Assembly: GCA_040217195.1 (NCBI GenBank)
Contig: JAVJNR010000004.1
Location: 64,001-128,000 of the forward strand
Reading direction: 5' to 3'
Source of the DNA: Leptospiraceae bacterium
GTDB lineage: Bacteria; Spirochaetota; Leptospiria; Leptospirales; Leptonemataceae
DNA length: 64,000 nt
Numbering within the stretch: the stretch's first letter is position 1; each line of letters starts with the position of its first letter. The position numbers were made by a program, and so were the translations under genes. A model generated the notes under the pieces. It made no database searches. It was not told the origin of the DNA and saw only the letters and a program-made list of their open reading frames with translations. Positions 60,389 to 64,000 of this stretch are shown here, one piece after another.

Positions 60389-60960
60389 GCTTTACTACGG
60401 AAGAAATGCGCAACCTTCGCAAGTTCAAGAAAGGAATACTGGATGTATTGTTCATTCATTGCGAGACATTCTACATTCACTGTATGCCCCATGAGCATCT
60501 TGTACTGGGTAAACGAGGGCTGCTGAAGAAGGAACAAACGGAAGGATTAATTCTAGTTTTTGGTCCTTACAGCACCAGAAAGCTTACCTGGGATGATGAC
60601 TCTCTAGAATGCGAAATGCAATTCTCTCGCTGGGAATATGTGCGAATTCCCTTTGATTGCATTGTCAGAATGTTCGATAAGTCCGGTCAGGTCATTATGC
60701 AATGGGCCATGCCTGAACTTGAAGAAGTAACCGGTCCGGATCTTAAGCTACATGTTACAGACTCTGATAGCCAGGAAGAAGTAAGCGGCGAAAAATCCAA
60801 CAGCCAGGAAGTCGACTCATCAGGCTCTCCTGAGACCAATAAGGGCACTTCGAAAAAAAGTGGAGCTAAAAGAGCTACCAAGAAGTCTGCAAAGAAAAGC
60901 CGAAAGAGCGCGGACGACAATGTAATCGAAGTAGACTTTACAAGAAAAAAGAAACCCTGA
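60385..60960 (+). CDS. sspB: SspB-like ClpXP adaptor
   Basis: SspB-like core (LILVF..LTWDDD..MQFS..VRIPFDCI..FD); acidic then Lys-rich linker; C-terminal NVIEVDFTRKK. Confidence 0.65.
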   Translation: MSFTTEEMRNLRKFKKGILDVLFIHCETFYIHCMPHEHLVLGKRGLLKKEQTEGLILVFGPYSTRKLTWDDDSLECEMQFSRWEYVRIPFDCIVRMFDKSGQVIMQWAMPELEEVTGPDLKLHVTDSDSQEEVSGEKSNSQEVDSSGSPETNKGTSKKSGAKRATKKSAKKSRKSADDNVIEVDFTRKKKP

Positions 60961-61134
60961 GAAAACCTAAGAAAACGAATTCTAATTAGAATTGCTTTGC
61001 CACTACCATTGGACTTCTGTTATAGACTGTAGCTTACCGGCTTTCACCCCTTCGCCGATTTCTATGTAATCTGCCTTGTCTGGCGTTCATCATGGTCCCC
61101 AGGAGGCCAGGGAAACTGCAAAAACTCTCAGCTC

Positions 61135-62061
61135 TCAGGATCCGAATAGAGTTTTCCAGCCATCTTCGATTGAATTCGATCTCATCAGAGATGTACCAAT
61201 CAAGAATGCATCCGCAAATTCACTCATTTCGTTCAGTGTTTGCCCCTTCTCAATGCCCGATTCTGCAATAAGTACAGCCTCTGGATTCAGTTTTCGCAAT
61301 TCCGGAGCGAGCCTGGCAGAAAGACCTAAATCCATTTCAAGAGTATCCAGGTCTCGGTGGTTAATCCCAATAATTCTTGCACCACATTCGCAGGCCCGTC
61401 GAAGCTCGGATTCGCAATGCACTTCGACCAGAGGTTCCATATTCAGTGATCGAGCATGGGCTAACAGGTCGGATAGATCCTCATCGCTCAGCAATCGAAC
61501 AATTAGAAGTATTGAGTCTGCGCCGGCTGCTCGGGCCTGATTTATCTGCAATCTGTGGATCAAAAAATCCTTTCTCAGAACTGGAATTCCAGCCGTTCGA
61601 GCCGCAGCCAGATGGCTAATATGCCCCTGAAAAAAATCTTCATCGGTGAGTACGGAAAGACAACTGGCTCCCAGGCTGGCATAGGTTTCGGCAATCCTGG
61701 CCGGATCATAGTCCGGACGAATGAGACCCATGGATGGACTGGCTTTCTTGCACTCTGAGATGATAGCTCTCTTCAAAGGAAGATATTGTGCCAGATTATC
61801 AGATTCTAATGAGGCTGAGGCTGGATTTGAATCCGAAAACGTTCCAGATGAGGCAGGATCGGAATCGCCGGCAAATGCAGAGTGGTTGGCATTGGCGGCA
61901 CCATGCCTGAGCCGGCCTCCCGGATTTTTCAGATGAAAATAGAAATCCCTGGGAGACTCCAGACCTTCCAGAGATGGCTCTCCGGTGCGCTGCAGCTCTT
62001 CGATTTCCTTTCTCTTTCTGGAAACTATGCGATCCAGTAAAGAGGATCCCGGTCCGGTCAT
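61135..62061 (-). CDS. trpC: Indole-3-glycerol phosphate synthase with low-complexity insertion
   Basis: IISECKKASPSMG, SVLTDEDFFQG, PVLRKDF, LVEVH, GINHRDL, AESGI, LIGTSLM. Confidence 0.95.
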   Translation of the reverse strand: MTGPGSSLLDRIVSRKRKEIEELQRTGEPSLEGLESPRDFYFHLKNPGGRLRHGAANANHSAFAGDSDPASSGTFSDSNPASASLESDNLAQYLPLKRAIISECKKASPSMGLIRPDYDPARIAETYASLGASCLSVLTDEDFFQGHISHLAAARTAGIPVLRKDFLIHRLQINQARAAGADSILLIVRLLSDEDLSDLLAHARSLNMEPLVEVHCESELRRACECGARIIGINHRDLDTLEMDLGLSARLAPELRKLNPEAVLIAESGIEKGQTLNEMSEFADAFLIGTSLMRSNSIEDGWKTLFGS

Positions 62062-62062
62062 A

Positions 62063-62392
62063 TCAGGCTTTCAGGGCTTCTTCTTCAGATTCAAAAATAT
62101 CAAAAAGGCTGGTCAATTCGATGACATCGAAAATGCGCTTAACAGAGGGACGAATGTTGGTGAGCTTCAGGCTCCCGTCTCGCGCATTCAATTTTCGAAG
62201 CGTGGCGATACAGGCCCGAAATCCGGAGGAACTCATATATTCCACCTTATCCATATTCAGAATGATATGCTTCTGATTTTCCTGATCGATAAGTCGACTC
62301 AGTTCTTCTTCCACCTCATTGGCAACCGATACATCCAGTCTGCCTTCAAGGTATACTATTAGCTTATCATCTACCTGTTTGGTCTGGAGCAA
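62063..62392 (-). CDS. STAS-domain anti-sigma factor antagonist (TTG start)
   Basis: LEGRLD, IILNMDKVEYMSSSGFR, SVKRIFDVIEL; SD AGGGGG and a TTGACA further upstream. Confidence 0.9.
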   Translation of the reverse strand: MLQTKQVDDKLIVYLEGRLDVSVANEVEEELSRLIDQENQKHIILNMDKVEYMSSSGFRACIATLRKLNARDGSLKLTNIRPSVKRIFDVIELTSLFDIFESEEEALKA

Positions 62393-62507
62393 AACGAACC
62401 CCCTGCTTATCTACAACAATCTGGGCCGATCCGGCCCGGTGTCAATGAAATCTATTGACGGAACCAAATTTTACTGACAGGGCCGGGGCTGCGAGCATTT
62501 CTACAGC

Positions 62508-64000
62508 ATGGCCAAACGTCCTACCCTACTCGTTGTTGATGCCCATGCAATGGCTTACAGGGCCTATTTTGCTCTCCAGAATCAAAATCTCACCAATGCT
62601 TCCGGTCAGGTTGTAACTGCAATTTTTGGTTTTTTTCGCATGCTCTTCAAGGTTCTCCGCGATCTGCAGCCAGAAATGACAGCCATTACCTGGGATGCCT
62701 CTGGAGGATCTTTCCGAAATAGAATGTACGATCAGTACAAGGCCCAGAGAAAACCCATGCCAGATGACCTTAGATTTCAGATTGATGAGATCAAAGAGAT
62801 GCTGGATAAGTCCGGATTCCAGAATCTTCTAGTCCAGGATTTTGAGGCTGACGACCTCATGGGCAGTCTGGCAAAGCGATACGGAAGTAAGCAAAACGTA
62901 GTGCTTCTAACTGGAGACAAGGATTGTTACCAGTTACTAAATAGGAACGTAAAGATGCTTCGCGGCTCCAAGGGAGTCACCGAATTTATTGAAATTGATC
63001 CGGACTGGGTAAAACAGGAACTGGGAGTTACTGTCAGCCAGATTCCAGATTACATGGCACTCATCGGAGATAGCTCGGACAATATTCCCGGGGCAAAAGG
63101 CATTGGTCCCAAGTCTGCAGAAAAACTCATTCAAGAGTATGGCACAATTGATAAGATCTATAAAAAGCTCGATGAGATAAAGCCAGATGGAATTCGCAAG
63201 AAACTGGAAGACTCCAGAGATGAGGTAGTACTATCCAGGGAACTGGCAACAATCAAACTGGATGTTTCAGAAATCCAGGCTCTCAAAGATGAATCCATTT
63301 CTACTCCAAATTATCTGAGCGATGATGTTCTGAAGTTCTTCTTAAACCAGGGATACAATGCAATCTATAAGGATTTGCAGAGGGACCGCGCAGCTGCCGG
63401 TGAATCCAGCAAGACTGGAACCAAAAACAAATCTGATAAGAACGATAGTGCTACTTCTAAGGCATCTGCCGGACGAAAGTATTCTCTGATAAACAATGAA
63501 GCAGACCTCAAGAAATTGGCGGCCAAACTGAAGAAAGTCAAGGTCCTGGCTGTAGATACGGAAACTACCAGTCTGTCGCCCATGTTTGCATCCCTGGTGG
63601 GAGTTTCTGTATGTACCAAAAAGGAAGAAGCCTACTACATTGCCATCAAAGCCGGAGATGATCTATTCTCGGCCGAAGGTGGTCAGGCCCTGGACCTGGA
63701 AAAGGCACTGCCCCATCTAAAGGAAATCCTGGAAAATCCTCAGTGTAAATACCTGGGACAAAACATAAAATACGATTTTCTTGTATTACGCCGGCATGGA
63801 ATCCACCTTCCCTCCATCTATTTCGATACTATGATCGCCTCCTACCTGGCCAATCCAAACGTACGGCGTCATAATCTGGATGATCTGGCCTTTGATCATC
63901 TGGGCATAGAAACCATTAAATATTCAGAAATCGCCGGCAGTGGTAAGAAGCAGGTTACCCTGGATCAGGTTAATCCGGAAAGTATTCGAGACTATGCCTG
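62508..64000 (+). CDS. polA: DNA polymerase I, 5' part, runs off the window
   Basis: Not in ORF track. Manual translation MAKRPTLLVVDAHAMAYRAYFA...YKAQRKPMPDDL...FEADD...TGDKD...GDSSDNIPGAKGIGPK (5'-3' exonuclease), then AVDTETT, GQNIKYD, DTMIASYL (3'-5' exonuclease). Confidence 0.97.
   Translation, partial: MAKRPTLLVVDAHAMAYRAYFALQNQNLTNASGQVVTAIFGFFRMLFKVLRDLQPEMTAITWDASGGSFRNRMYDQYKAQRKPMPDDLRFQIDEIKEMLDKSGFQNLLVQDFEADDLMGSLAKRYGSKQNVVLLTGDKDCYQLLNRNVKMLRGSKGVTEFIEIDPDWVKQELGVTVSQIPDYMALIGDSSDNIPGAKGIGPKSAEKLIQEYGTIDKIYKKLDEIKPDGIRKKLEDSRDEVVLSRELATIKLDVSEIQALKDESISTPNYLSDDVLKFFLNQGYNAIYKDLQRDRAAAGESSKTGTKNKSDKNDSATSKASAGRKYSLINNEADLKKLAAKLKKVKVLAVDTETTSLSPMFASLVGVSVCTKKEEAYYIAIKAGDDLFSAEGGQALDLEKALPHLKEILENPQCKYLGQNIKYDFLVLRRHGIHLPSIYFDTMIASYLANPNVRRHNLDDLAFDHLGIETIKYSEIAGSGKKQVTLDQVNPESIRDYA

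Noticed and set aside
62400..64000. Apparent ORF-free ends of the window (also 1-460)
   Set aside because: Manual translation shows polA and an EamA transporter cut by the window edges; neither is a pseudogene or non-coding.
1..64000. Mobile elements, prophage, defence systems, tRNA/rRNA, CRISPR
   Set aside because: No transposase, integrase, phage, cas or restriction genes, terminal repeats or structural RNA signatures were recognised.

Overview
Gene-dense bacterial chromosome segment, most likely from a Leptospiraceae-like spirochaete. This is an inference from the spirochaete-type flagellin FlaB, a FlaA-like protein, three STAS anti-anti-sigma factors, a 7TM-DISM/SpoIIE/TPR phosphatase, long LptD and BamA, and a Leptospira-like SOS box at recN. 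Most content is housekeeping or envelope: wcaJ-like, lptD, xth, flaB, fliN, rdgB, comF, guaB, lpxK-msbA-bamA, recN, ctaA-ctaB, korAB, trpF, trpC, pgeF, sspB-like and the 5' part of polA. An accessory-looking stretch lies at about 33.6-49.6 kb. I saw no rRNA, tRNA, CRISPR array, transposase or integrase. The strongest novelty candidate is a terminator-bounded two-gene unit at 53667-54997: a canonical speD followed by a SET/post-SET methyltransferase fused to a second, divergent pyruvoyl (SpeD-fold) decarboxylase that keeps all self-cleavage residues, with no aminopropyltransferase gene beside it. Other points of interest: an IscU-pentapeptide fusion lacking its third Cys, an uncharacterised radical SAM-TRAM-HhH enzyme, triple AraC-type boxes before a GT-C glycosyltransferase, a nested-domain lipoprotein and an atypical MBL-SDR pair. 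All calls come from motif recognition by eye; no database searches were run.
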